From an uncultured Methanomicrobiales archaeon (GTDB taxonomy: Archaea > Halobacteriota > Methanomicrobia > Methanomicrobiales > Methanospirillaceae): 64,000 nucleotides of DNA. The stretch's first letter is position 1, and each line of letters opens with the position of its first letter. The DNA lies in contig CAVWXH010000009.1 of assembly GCA_963758915.1 (NCBI GenBank), positions 192,001 to 256,000 of the forward strand, in the 5' to 3' direction. A program made the position numbers and the translations under genes. A model generated the notes under the pieces. The model was not told where the DNA came from. It did not search any database and saw only the letters and a program-made list of their open reading frames with translations. This document shows positions 32,042 to 41,867 of the stretch, in pieces.

Positions 32042-33269
32042 TTAGAAAAATATCGTCCTCACAGGGCGGGAATTATTTGCATGACCCGTGACTCCGAGCA
32101 AGGCTCCAAGCCCGGTACTGTCAATCATTTCGATCGATGACAGGCACTCTGCCCTTTCCAGTCCCCGTTCCGCGAGGGAAGGGGAGTATACATAATAGTG
32201 CAGTCCGGTGATATCGGAGGTCGCTTCAACCATCTCCTGTACATTAAAAACCCGGTCATCCGGGGTTACTTCGTGATTCCCGCATAGCGAATAAACTCCC
32301 TGCTCGATGAATATTACCCTGGTCTCGATCCCACCCATCGCGGCTGCAACTGCCATGGAAAGTCCACCAAAAGTCCATTCAGATACATATGGGGTATTGG
32401 TGATCATGACGGTGAGGATTGGATTTGCCGTGTCCGTTCCGGGTTGTTCTTTTATCCGGGATACGGATGTGCCTCCGCAGGAATGCGCCAGTATCGGGTG
32501 ATGCCCGATGAACCGGTCGAGGATCTCTTTCAGGGGCCTTATAGTAATGGCATCGATGCAGGATACCGGCACACAACCTCCTGTTTCCGTGTTTTTAACA
32601 TAATACCCGCGGGCTGTTGCACAACGCGAACATGCACCAAACCATGGGTCTTCACCCGATCCACCCGCGACTGTTGAAAGGGCTGCTATACCCTCCCCGA
32701 TATTTTCAAATTCCGAGGGCCTCTGGTACATGTGGGCAGCATGTACACCATCCAGGTAACTATACAGCTCGGGGGTCAGGCCGGCCTCAACAGCACTTTT
32801 TAAAAACCTGAGCATATACACCGGAATGCGGCTCATGTAGGGAGAATAGCAGAGGAGAAATGCCACCTTGTCACTCCCCGTCCAGTTCTCCTGGATATGA
32901 TTCACCAGTGACTGCCAGAAGGTTATTTCGTCGGCGGATCTGCGATCACCAGTGACATTTACATCCGGATAACGGGTAACCACTTCATCGCGAATTCCAT
33001 GCAACCGTCAGCTCGTCCCCGTCGGCAATAACACTCACTGTGGAATCCGAAAAAAGGGAACCCCATTTTTTCTCAAGCCTGGCATCTACGAGGCTCATGA
33101 GTGCATCTCCAGTGAGATACAGGTTACAGCTATTATTTGTATCCGTTATCTTTGCAGGTCCACTACTCCCGGGACTCTCCTTTTCGGGAAAACATCCTTT
33201 GATCCATTGGAGCCGTTCGGGAGATACTTCCCCGCAGAACAGGAAGTAAGAGGTTATCATCGGCAACAA
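32042..33269 (-). CDS. DsrE/DsrF/DsrH (TusD/C/B)-like multidomain protein (frameshift near 33005)
   Basis: ORFs 32985-33269 and 32042-33004 join if one G is removed (DELT-LHGIRD). YLDGVH and GACSRCATARG (DsrE-like); TPYVSE...FIEQGVY...SLAERG (DsrF-like). Confidence 0.7.
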
Positions 33270-33305
33270 TCCTCGTCTTCTGGCAAAAAATTCAATATAT
33301 ACATC

Positions 33306-33833
33306 TCATACCCCGAACCCTATTAATTTCATGAGAACTACGACGGCTCCCGATACCCACGCGGCAAAAATAATTGAGCCAATACACATCCCGACGAAAA
33401 ACCAGGCCGCTTTGTAATTTCCTTCCGATGCCATTACGGTCTGCCTGATAGGGCAACCCCCAAGGTACACACAGATCAACCCGATGAAAAAACCCGGGAT
33501 TATTGCAAACAGGAAATATGCAGCGGGACTTAAGCCCCCCGGGGCACCGGGTATTGCTGTGAACAGGCCGTTTGTGTTCGCCCATAAAAATCCCTCCATG
33601 GCACTCGGGATGATGAACCAGAAGAGGAGGTACCCGGCAAACGATGCGAGAATCAGGGTTATATACCCTGACAGGAGTCGTGTGTGCCGGAAAAGGTAAT
33701 AGTCACGGAACCCGCCAATCGAACAATACCCGGACCTCTGGGCTAAATATCCAATGAGGAGCCCGAGCATGAGTGTTACTACGGGGACCGCATAGATGGC
33801 GATATCCCTGGGGAGAATTCCTATCGCTACCAT
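33306..33833 (-). CDS. YeeE/YedE family transporter, second half
   Basis: AQRSGYCSIGGFRD and LGGCPIRQ; ATG overlaps the upstream TAA (TAATG). Confidence 0.85.
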   Translation of the reverse strand: MVAIGILPRDIAIYAVPVVTLMLGLLIGYLAQRSGYCSIGGFRDYYLFRHTRLLSGYITLILASFAGYLLFWFIIPSAMEGFLWANTNGLFTAIPGAPGGLSPAAYFLFAIIPGFFIGLICVYLGGCPIRQTVMASEGNYKAAWFFVGMCIGSIIFAAWVSGAVVVLMKLIGFGV

Positions 33834-34378
33834 TATGCTTCCTCCCGTTCTGCCCATTTTAACATGATATATGCTCCTGCAATTACACCTGCGGCCATAG
33901 AAATAATGAAGACAAGAGCACTCAGGTCACCATACCCGGTCCGTAATGCAGCCCGGTACGGGCACCCGCCAAAGATCATGGCAAGTTGTAAGACAATTAC
34001 CCCGGCAAGAAAATAGATGGCATAATCCCAGGTTGTCCCTTTCCGGATTTTATGTTCCTTTGATTTTTTTGCTGCAACATAACCCCCGATAAGAACACCG
34101 ACAATACTCATCACTGGCAGGACCGCATTTGCGGAAATGGGGGCAAGGGCAAGGTGCGTACCTGCAACAATATTGGTAAGCCCGTTCACGAGGTCACGGG
34201 TATGACAGGCAACACAAAATCCATAGGCGACGGGTCCACCGGCGCTGATAAGGAGGGCCTGGGTAAAAGCAGCGAGAATACCGATAAGGGCACCAAGAAA
34301 CGCGGGGTGTCTCATCCAGTCCCGATGAGACTGCCCTGTATGCTCACTTCCAGATTGATCTGACATGTGAGTATACAT
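33833..34378 (-). CDS. YeeE/YedE family transporter, first half (selenium-associated YedE-like)
   Basis: GFCVACHTRD and FGGCPYRA motifs; hydrophobic. Confidence 0.85.
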   Translation of the reverse strand: MYTHMSDQSGSEHTGQSHRDWMRHPAFLGALIGILAAFTQALLISAGGPVAYGFCVACHTRDLVNGLTNIVAGTHLALAPISANAVLPVMSIVGVLIGGYVAAKKSKEHKIRKGTTWDYAIYFLAGVIVLQLAMIFGGCPYRAALRTGYGDLSALVFIISMAAGVIAGAYIMLKWAEREEA

Positions 34379-34694
34379 TCATCCCTTATTGTTATAACTT
34401 TTTTTGAAATGTTTTCCATATTGGATTTTCATCATTTTGACGCTGCAAAGGTTTTAACCCAAATTTTCTACCGGAGAAATACTAAGAAATATCGGGATTT
34501 ACAGTGATCTTTACCGTAATGGACAGGTACAAGGGGTTGTTATTCCCACACGCATCCGCACCCGCTGCGATGAGGTAAAGCACGAATCCGGTCTTTTTCC
34601 TTGACAAGGCATACATCACAAAGGAGGACAACGCCCAGTTCCTGGTGATTCACCCTGGTAAAAGATATGCCGGATTCACCACAAACTGCACACT

Positions 34695-35063
34695 TCATTT
34701 GCGGACCGCCTTCCGGACTGCCGCAACCAGTATCTCGATCTCATCGAACCTCGGGTCCGCCATCCCGTTCTTTTCAATCCCTTCTTCGGTCGCGATTATA
34801 TGGATATGAGGGGTTATGCACAGGCTTTTCAGTTTCTTCGCTGCACAATGGTCCTTACAGCCGTCAAGGACCAGCACCTTCCCACCGTTGATAACGTTCT
34901 CCATGTCATGCGTGGACTGTTTTGCATTCAGGTGCCCTTCGAACAAATCCGGTTCCCGCTGCACAAGAACTGCTGCTACCTGAGCAGTAAGTTTTCCGGT
35001 ATTGGAGATCCCCGAACAGGTAACGAGGACCAATGAATCGTTGTCATCAGGAATTAGTCTCAC
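34695..35063 (-). CDS. DGC-domain putative zinc-binding protein
   Basis: TCSGISNTGKL...VLDGCKDHCAAKKL...EEGIEK. Confidence 0.8.
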   Translation of the reverse strand: MRLIPDDNDSLVLVTCSGISNTGKLTAQVAAVLVQREPDLFEGHLNAKQSTHDMENVINGGKVLVLDGCKDHCAAKKLKSLCITPHIHIIATEEGIEKNGMADPRFDEIEILVAAVRKAVRK

Positions 35064-35112
35064 CCTGTGTCATGGTGTTACCCTGGTCAACATTTACATT
35101 CCAACTCGGATT

Positions 35113-35910
35113 TCAAGTGGATGACCGTTTTACGGCCCTTACTTTCACGCTTCGTATTGATCCCTCAATCTTCGGGAACAGCGGATCGGTAGCGGAAAGG
35201 TCGAATGGGACTCGTACCTCCTCAAGTACTGCCACATCGGTTAAATTAGCTTTTCTTATCAGGTCAAGATACGCATCCTTCATTATCGCACCCGCGACAC
35301 AGCTCGTATAGGCTTCAACCGAAGTTCGTACTGACTCAGGGAGTGGTTGGTCGAGGACAATATCGGAGACCATGAGCAGTCCTCCTGGCTTTAGTACGCG
35401 GTATGCCTCCCGGAAGACTCTCGCCTTATCAGGAGAGAGATTGATAACGCAATTCGAGATTATGAGATCGACGGAGTTATCAGCAACCGGAAGTGCTTCA
35501 ATCTCTCCGAGCCGGAACTCGACATTGGTTACCCCGGCTTTCTTTGCATTTTCCCGTGCCTTTGCGAGCATCCCGGGGGTCATATCGACCCCGATAACCA
35601 ATCCGGTCTTTCCGACCTTGCGGGCCGCAAGGAAACAATCAAACCCGGCACCGGACCCCAGGTCAAGTACGGTGTCCCCTTCGTGAATCGCAGCATGGGC
35701 AAGCGGGTTCCCACAACCAAGTCCGAGATTTGCGCCAGCCGGGACCGCATTCATTTCTTCTGCCGAATACCCTGCTTTCCCGCTCATCTCTTCTGCGGTT
35801 GTTGTGCTGCCGCAGCAGGAGGATGATGGGCCACAGCAACCGCAGCCCTGCTCCGCCACCTTTGCGTAGCCCTTTCGTACATTTTTCCGTATTTCATGTT
35901 CGTCAGTCAT
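35113..35910 (-). CDS. arsM: Arsenite S-adenosylmethionine methyltransferase
   Basis: Cys-rich N-terminus, LGLGCGNP, DLGSGAGFD, ISNCVINL, CVAGA. Confidence 0.93.
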   Translation of the reverse strand: MTDEHEIRKNVRKGYAKVAEQGCGCCGPSSSCCGSTTTAEEMSGKAGYSAEEMNAVPAGANLGLGCGNPLAHAAIHEGDTVLDLGSGAGFDCFLAARKVGKTGLVIGVDMTPGMLAKARENAKKAGVTNVEFRLGEIEALPVADNSVDLIISNCVINLSPDKARVFREAYRVLKPGGLLMVSDIVLDQPLPESVRTSVEAYTSCVAGAIMKDAYLDLIRKANLTDVAVLEEVRVPFDLSATDPLFPKIEGSIRSVKVRAVKRSST

Positions 35911-35962
35911 GATTTCACCTGGTATGTACTCGTTATTATTTCGTCAGTTATTGTCATATTGT

Positions 35963-36673
35963 TCAATCCATCCTCGTTTTCTTCTCTTCCGCTGCCTTTG
36001 CGGCACTTCGTGCCTTCAGCTTCTCGATCATGTCGAGTGCTCGTTGTTTCGCGGCCCGTTCCTTGTCATCCTGTGGTTCAGACCACGGCTGTACGACCTT
36101 CCAGGTAATCTTCCCGCTCAACGGCGGTTCCGGCCATGCCCCGGGATCGCAGAGAACCTGGCCTTTGAAATCAACCGGTTTCTCCTGGTAACAGGACCAC
36201 ACGGCCTTCCTAATTACTTCTTCTGTCTGGAACTGGCAGTCAACAAGTGTCAGCTGGTCACGGAACCTCTGGATGAATTCCATCGGGACATTATACAGGA
36301 CTGCGGTAAGTCCTGTAGTCCCGATAATACGTTTCTTTTCATCGACCCCGTTCCGGAACAATGCCTTGATTGCATCTCCTGTCTTGTGTCCTTCGGATTC
36401 GGGGCCTCCAAGGATGAGGAATCTGATGTTCGGGTTCGCAACGATATTGCAGATAACCTTCTCGATGCCGATATTTGCCGTCTGCAACGTCCCTGATAGT
36501 GCAGCCCCGCTCTCCACGCCTGTCCGTACAAGGCGTTCAATCTCGGGTGGGATCTCTTCGGCATCGGTAGTCAGGATGATAATTACTGCGACAGGGGAGT
36601 AGTCGTTGCCTCTCAGGTAACGCCCCTCTTCGGGCGGATAGGCCTCATGAGGGGCCACTTTAAGCATGACCAT
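35963..36673 (-). CDS. Soluble MtrA-like corrinoid-binding protein
   Basis: YPPEEGRY..GN..SPVAV, TANIGIEKVICNIVANPNIRFLILGGPESEGHKTG, RIIG, RFRDQ; no C-terminal TM helix. Confidence 0.85.
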   Translation of the reverse strand: MVMLKVAPHEAYPPEEGRYLRGNDYSPVAVIIILTTDAEEIPPEIERLVRTGVESGAALSGTLQTANIGIEKVICNIVANPNIRFLILGGPESEGHKTGDAIKALFRNGVDEKKRIIGTTGLTAVLYNVPMEFIQRFRDQLTLVDCQFQTEEVIRKAVWSCYQEKPVDFKGQVLCDPGAWPEPPLSGKITWKVVQPWSEPQDDKERAAKQRALDMIEKLKARSAAKAAEEKKTRMD

Positions 36674-37370
36674 TCACACCGTTCCTGCCTGTTTTTTCCG
36701 GAACTCTTTTCAGTATCTGGTCCATCTCATCACTGAATTTTTCAAGTCCCGCAGCAGCCAGCGCTTCTTTTGGAATACTATGGAGCAGCTGCCGGACATG
36801 CAGGGCCCCGGATACTTCTTTGTCACAGGTCTTCCCAAACCGGGGTGCAACACAGTGGTGGCAGATCCGGAGACCGAAATGCCTGAGCGTTTCGGTGTTG
36901 AGTTGCATATTAACGCATTCAGCAGCAGCTCCCCGTGTCGAACCGCATGGGGCTTCCCTTACAATTTCAATCCCGGTGATCGTTCCGTTTTCCACGGTGG
37001 TCACAAAACCGGGAAGTCCGAACTTCTCCGCGTATAAGTCGATCTCTTTGCACCCGGTCGTTGGTTCAAGGGAGCACATGGTCGGGGCCGAGGCAACATG
37101 GGGGTTGATCTCTATCGCCTGGCGGACGAGACCGGGACCGGGGGTGATACCGAGCACTACCGGTATTCCCTGTTCGACAATGGCAAGGATAACATCCGGG
37201 TGCCGGGCATAGGAGATACAGAGGTCACATGGTGGCAGGTCTATCTCGACATCCTCCATGATCGGGGATCCTGAGTATGGAACCGTGACCCACCGGCAGG
37301 TGAACTGCCGGCAGATATTCTCAAATGCCCGCTTCCCGAATAACCCGTCGCTGATGATGTTTATCTGCAT
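36660..37370 (-). CDS. DUF166-family protein
   Basis: GLFGKRAFENI, HPD, PTMCSL, FGLP, REAPCGST; start re-assigned to ATG 37370. Confidence 0.7.
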   Translation of the reverse strand: MQINIISDGLFGKRAFENICRQFTCRWVTVPYSGSPIMEDVEIDLPPCDLCISYARHPDVILAIVEQGIPVVLGITPGPGLVRQAIEINPHVASAPTMCSLEPTTGCKEIDLYAEKFGLPGFVTTVENGTITGIEIVREAPCGSTRGAAAECVNMQLNTETLRHFGLRICHHCVAPRFGKTCDKEVSGALHVRQLLHSIPKEALAAAGLEKFSDEMDQILKRVPEKTGRNGVNGHA

Positions 37371-37389
37371 AGGCTCTCCTTTACCACCT

Positions 37390-38439
37390 TCATACCGGAG
37401 ACCCCGCCGTTTTTTCAAACTCTTTAATCCGGCGTCTCCTTCTCAATGACAACCATACAATTCCCAGCATGACGGGTATTTCAATCAATGGACCGACAAC
37501 CGTGGAGACCGCGACCATCGGCATCGCTGCAAATGCTGTCAGTGCGATGGCAATCGCCAGCTCGAAGTTCCTGCCGGTACAGTGGAAACCCATCGTTGCC
37601 GAATCTTCGTAATTGTACCCCATACGCCTCGTCGTATAGTAGACAATATGGAACAGCAGGAAGAAGAACAGGACAATGGGGACCGCCATCTGCCAGATTA
37701 AGCTCGGGTTATCGATTATCACCTCGCCTTTCAGGGCGAACATGACAACCATGGTGAACAGTAATGCGAGCAGCTGGAGGACATTGAAGCGTGGTATGAG
37801 TTTGGTGTTCAGCCATTCCACGCCTTTCCGTTTGATTACCTCCCTGCGTGTAATAACCCCTAAAAGCAAGGGCAGACCGAGATAGAGAAGGACACTCTGG
37901 GCAATAAGGACGAAATCTATGGCAATGTACGTGCCTACCAGGAGAGCGATGAAGAAAGGTGTTGTAAAAATCTGGATAATGGAATTCCATGCCATGAGTA
38001 CGATCCCGAGGGGGCCGTTACCTTTGGCAAGGTCCGTCCACACCAGCACCATCGCAATGCACGGTGCGACACCGAGCAGGATAAGGCCGGTCCACAGGGA
38101 ACTGGCGGTTTCAGCCGTGATCCAACCCATGCCCAGCAGTATCTGCTCAAAGAATACCCATCCGATGAAATAGAGCAGGAAGGGATTGACAACGTAATTG
38201 AAAAAAACAATGATGGCGACCTGTTTCTTACTCTTGAAGGCATCTTTAAGTTCTCCCAGTTCGATCTTCGTCATCGCCGGGTAGATCATCAAAAATAATC
38301 CAATCGGGATACCAATTGCGAGATGCTGGCTGAATTCAGGGAAGTATTTCCCGATTGCTAACCCGGTTACAATACAGAGAAATATCCAGAGGGCCAGGAG
38401 TTTTTCAACCCAGCCCAGTCCTCCTGTACTTTCTGTCAT
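37390..38439 (-). CDS. acr3: Acr3-family arsenite efflux transporter
   Basis: MIYPAM, APCIAMVLVW, RNFELAIA, VGPLIEIPV. Confidence 0.92.
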   Translation of the reverse strand: MTESTGGLGWVEKLLALWIFLCIVTGLAIGKYFPEFSQHLAIGIPIGLFLMIYPAMTKIELGELKDAFKSKKQVAIIVFFNYVVNPFLLYFIGWVFFEQILLGMGWITAETASSLWTGLILLGVAPCIAMVLVWTDLAKGNGPLGIVLMAWNSIIQIFTTPFFIALLVGTYIAIDFVLIAQSVLLYLGLPLLLGVITRREVIKRKGVEWLNTKLIPRFNVLQLLALLFTMVVMFALKGEVIIDNPSLIWQMAVPIVLFFFLLFHIVYYTTRRMGYNYEDSATMGFHCTGRNFELAIAIALTAFAAMPMVAVSTVVGPLIEIPVMLGIVWLSLRRRRRIKEFEKTAGSPV

Positions 38440-38530
38440 TGCGATGCGCTTTCCCTGCAAAATGGCCTGTGACCCTCAGGAAATGAGGGTTTTCTGACCT
38501 GGTCCATCGTGTCCATCAAAATTCACACCA

Positions 38531-38965
38531 TCAGAGGATTTTTTCAAGAATTGCTACGGCACCGGCAACCAGTTCAGGGCATTTCGTGACGAAGAGTCTG
38601 CTTTCACGTGCCCGTTCATATTCATCCGGGTTGCTGAGGTTATACCCGAGCAGTTCCGTGCAGTTGACCGAACCATACCGGGCGGTAAATTCCTGCATGA
38701 ATTCCCTGACCAAAGCCCGCAACTTTTCGGTTGCCGCATTATCCCCCTGTATTGTCTTCCCGTATTTCAGGCCAATCACCATAATCGCCCCTGATACGGC
38801 ACCGCAGATGTTCCCTGTTTTCGAGATACCTGCACCAAAACCGCAGCCTATTTTCTTTGCCATATCCGGGTCCAGTCCGAGCTCCCCGGCAAATGTGGAG
38901 AACACTACTGACGAGCAGGTAAACCCGCTCTGGAAACTCGCAAGTGCATCATCGGATTTTGTCAT
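38531..38965 (-). CDS. C_GCAxxG_C_C family putative redox protein
   Basis: GFTCS, GFGAG, ICGAVSG, NCTELLG, KCPELV. Confidence 0.88.
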   Translation of the reverse strand: MTKSDDALASFQSGFTCSSVVFSTFAGELGLDPDMAKKIGCGFGAGISKTGNICGAVSGAIMVIGLKYGKTIQGDNAATEKLRALVREFMQEFTARYGSVNCTELLGYNLSNPDEYERARESRLFVTKCPELVAGAVAILEKIL

Positions 38966-38974
38966 TGCCCACCT

Positions 38975-39442
38975 TCAGCAGCTTCCTCCGCAACGGTCCC
39001 CGCAGCCGCAGCCTCCTGGTCCCGGTTTCTTATCGTTTTGTTCCGGGACTTCTGTTCTTCCGGCTCCTTCCCAGGCTGCTGATACGACTGTTTCAATATC
39101 GGCATCTGTGTAGTCCCTTGACCCGGACTTCACAATACCCAGTTCAGTTACGATGATATGCTGTCCGGGGATGATTCCCTGCTCTGCTGCTATCTTTTTC
39201 GCACACAGCATCGGGCAGCCATCAAGGATGACCACTTCGTCAGCCTTCTTTGCATTGGCGACAAGCCCTTCGGCACCGATTGCAAGCAGAGCTACACAGG
39301 CGATATTCCCGTATCCTTCCTCGGTTAACTGGATTGCTGCTAGGTTGGTGAGCTGCCCGGTGTTTGCCTGCCCGGCACAGGGAAAGATGATCCGTTTAGG
39401 TTCGTCCTGTCCGCATGAACAGGTAGGTGTTTCTGCCATCAC
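38975..39442 (-). CDS. DGC-domain putative zinc-binding protein
   Basis: FPCAGQANTGQL...ACVA...LDGCPMLCAKKI; Cys-rich tail. Confidence 0.85.
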   Translation of the reverse strand: MMAETPTCSCGQDEPKRIIFPCAGQANTGQLTNLAAIQLTEEGYGNIACVALLAIGAEGLVANAKKADEVVILDGCPMLCAKKIAAEQGIIPGQHIIVTELGIVKSGSRDYTDADIETVVSAAWEGAGRTEVPEQNDKKPGPGGCGCGDRCGGSC

Positions 39443-39681
39443 GCACCTCCACCCAGGAACTTTTTGATTTCCGGGACATCGGCGACCCTGCCTGAGATTT
39501 TCAGGTCTCCGTCCACAATAACCGCCGGCAGCATCATCACGCCCCGTTCCATGATCTGGGCGATATCATCCACTTTTACGATCTCTGCGGTGATACCAAG
39601 TTGTTTGACCGCTGCTTCGACATTGCTCATCTGCCGCTTGCAGTTTGCGCAACCGGTCCCGAGTACTTCAATGGTTACCAT
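39439..39681 (-). CDS. Small thioredoxin-like redox-active disulfide protein (MTH895/ArsE-like)
   Basis: IEVLGTGCANC...GVMMLPAVIVDG. Confidence 0.9.
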   Translation of the reverse strand: MVTIEVLGTGCANCKRQMSNVEAAVKQLGITAEIVKVDDIAQIMERGVMMLPAVIVDGDLKISGRVADVPEIKKFLGGGA

Positions 39682-39805
39682 GATTCTGACCTTGGAACAT
39701 TGTTTCTAATTTATTTGAAATATCAGGGATACTACCAGATAAAGATATCTATTTCATATTAAATTGAACCTGACAACCGGGTGTGGGAGGGACTGACCCC
39801 TGTCA

Positions 39806-40768
39806 CTACCCTAGTATCACGTTAAAGAGCAGCCCGGTAATGGTTATCGCTGCAAACATAATTCCTGCAAAGACCGCGATGAGTTTTATTTTTATTACTT
39901 TCCGGAGGATAATCATCTCCGGGAGTGATAACCCGATCACCGACATCATAAACGCGAGGGCAGTCCCGAAAGCCATACCCTTTGAGGTCAGGACATCCAA
40001 AATCGGGATCATCCCGGCTGCATTAGAATACAGGGGTATACCAATGAGCACTGCGATTGGGACTGCAAGAGGGTTATCAGGGCCTGCAATATTCACGAGG
40101 AAATCAGCCGGTGCATACCCATGAATTATCGCCCCGATTGCGATACCTATGAGGATGTATGGCAGGACCTTCAGGGTGATGCTCTTTGATTCACCTATTG
40201 CAAAGTCGGTCCGGTCCCGCCAGGTCATGACCTTGTCCGGCTGGTCATGTAACTTGCATTTATAGACGAACTCTTCGACCTGGTTTTCGAGGTGGAGCCT
40301 CCCGATAATAATTCCTGCAACGATGGCGATGATCAGGCCTGATACGATGTAGAGTGCTGCAATCTGCCACCCGAATAATGCAAAAAGCATCGCGATGGCA
40401 ACTTCATTGATCAACGGCGAAGCGATGAGGAAAGAGAACGTGATCCCCAGTGGCACACCCGACTCGACAAACCCTATAAAGAGCGGGACTGCCGAACACG
40501 AGCAGAACGGAGTAGGAATACCAAGAAGGGCCGCAAATACATTCCCCACTCCTTCGGTCCTCCCGCCTACCCATTTCTTCACTTTCTGCGGGGTAACGAA
40601 AGTCCGTATTATACCGACAAAGAATACGATGACCGCGAGAAGAGCGGTCACCTTGATCGAATCGTAGATAAAGAAATTGACCGAGGAGGCAAGCGGGGTC
40701 CCTGCTACTAATCCTAAAACCGTATACGTGACCCAGTCCGCAAACATCTGTAAATAGTCAGGAATCAT
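39806..40768 (-). CDS. ArsP/DUF318 permease (organoarsenical efflux family)
   Basis: TPFCSCSAVPLF, SPLINE, GIPLYSNAAG, LSLPE. Confidence 0.88.
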   Translation of the reverse strand: MIPDYLQMFADWVTYTVLGLVAGTPLASSVNFFIYDSIKVTALLAVIVFFVGIIRTFVTPQKVKKWVGGRTEGVGNVFAALLGIPTPFCSCSAVPLFIGFVESGVPLGITFSFLIASPLINEVAIAMLFALFGWQIAALYIVSGLIIAIVAGIIIGRLHLENQVEEFVYKCKLHDQPDKVMTWRDRTDFAIGESKSITLKVLPYILIGIAIGAIIHGYAPADFLVNIAGPDNPLAVPIAVLIGIPLYSNAAGMIPILDVLTSKGMAFGTALAFMMSVIGLSLPEMIILRKVIKIKLIAVFAGIMFAAITITGLLFNVILG

Positions 40769-40972
40769 CACGTGCTCCCCCCTCACATTCATAAATGTTC
40801 CATTCAGTCATCGGCGGTCCCTCGTGTGCCATCGTCGGTATTCAGAATTATATCAATAACCATTCTACCAGAATTCCCATGAACCAGCAGTTAGAGATTC
40901 AAATTATCTTGAAATTATATTGTCAGTGGAAGACATATATACCTTACCATTTCATATTAATTTGAATCTTTT

Positions 40973-41371
40973 ATGCCACAGACAAAAACACGTTCACGCC
41001 CGGCCAAATGCTGCGATGTTACAAGGGATATCCCGGATCCAGTCCGGGACGAACTTAATAAAAGAGGCGGAATGGACGGACTACTTGCCCGGATCCCGGA
41101 CCCGGCTTCACGGTATACGAGCAGCCGTCTTGCCCAGGCACTGGCCGATCCGATCCGCCTTACTGTCATGTACGCGCTTCATTCCCAGCCGCTCTGCGTC
41201 TGCGTGATCAAGGCAGTCGTCCAGATTGCAGACTCAAAGCTCTCCTACCATCTCACGATCCTAAAAGAACAGGAATTTATTGTCGGTGAACAGCAGGGCA
41301 ACTGGATTATCTACTCAATTACAGACCGTGGCCGGCAGGCACTGAAGTGTATTGAAAAAATGGGAGTCTGA
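40973..41371 (+). CDS. arsR: ArsR/SmtB family regulator
   Basis: ALADPIRL, LCVCVI, SKLSYHL..LK, GNWIIYS; divergent from the arsP operon. Confidence 0.88.
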   Translation: MPQTKTRSRPAKCCDVTRDIPDPVRDELNKRGGMDGLLARIPDPASRYTSSRLAQALADPIRLTVMYALHSQPLCVCVIKAVVQIADSKLSYHLTILKEQEFIVGEQQGNWIIYSITDRGRQALKCIEKMGV

Positions 41372-41375
41372 ACAG

Positions 41376-41867
41376 ATGGACCCCTGGAAACCAAAATTAA
41401 TAATTCCCCTGGTCCTTGCCTGCATGATGATATCCCTGCTTTTTGTTGCAGGATGCTCATCTCTCACGGCAAATGAGGGTAAAGGTGCGATTTCTCCATC
41501 GACCGCGAACATTACCCGAAGTACTGTCGAACGTGTAGAGGTAATGCATTTCCACCCGGCCCAGCAATGTTATTCCTGCAGGACGCTTGGGGAATATGCA
41601 AATGAGACACTGAACATCTTCTTTGCTCCTGAACTCGAATCCGGAAAACTGGTATACCAGGAAGTGAATATCAACCTCCCGGAGAACGCCGATCTCGTGA
41701 AGAAATACGAGGTGACCGGGTCATCGCTGTGGATCGGTGTGTATGACACGAACGGGTTCCACAAGGAACAGAATGTCAACGTGTGGTATAAAATCAATAA
41801 TAAAGCAGAATTTGCGCAGTATCTCCAGCCGATAATCAGGGACAGGCTTAATGGAGTCATTACCTGA
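41376..41867 (+). CDS. ArsF-like secreted thioredoxin-fold protein
   Basis: Signal with AGC; VEVMHFHPAQQCYSC...FAPELESGKL...NADLVKKY. Confidence 0.7.
   Translation: MDPWKPKLIIPLVLACMMISLLFVAGCSSLTANEGKGAISPSTANITRSTVERVEVMHFHPAQQCYSCRTLGEYANETLNIFFAPELESGKLVYQEVNINLPENADLVKKYEVTGSSLWIGVYDTNGFHKEQNVNVWYKINNKAEFAQYLQPIIRDRLNGVIT

Noticed and set aside
32985-33004. Selenocysteine/pyrrolysine read-through in the DsrE-like gene
   Set aside because: The break is a frame change, not an in-frame TGA/TAG.
35963-36673. Part of the energy-conserving mtrEDCBAFGH operon
   Set aside because: No other mtr subunits nearby and no membrane anchor.
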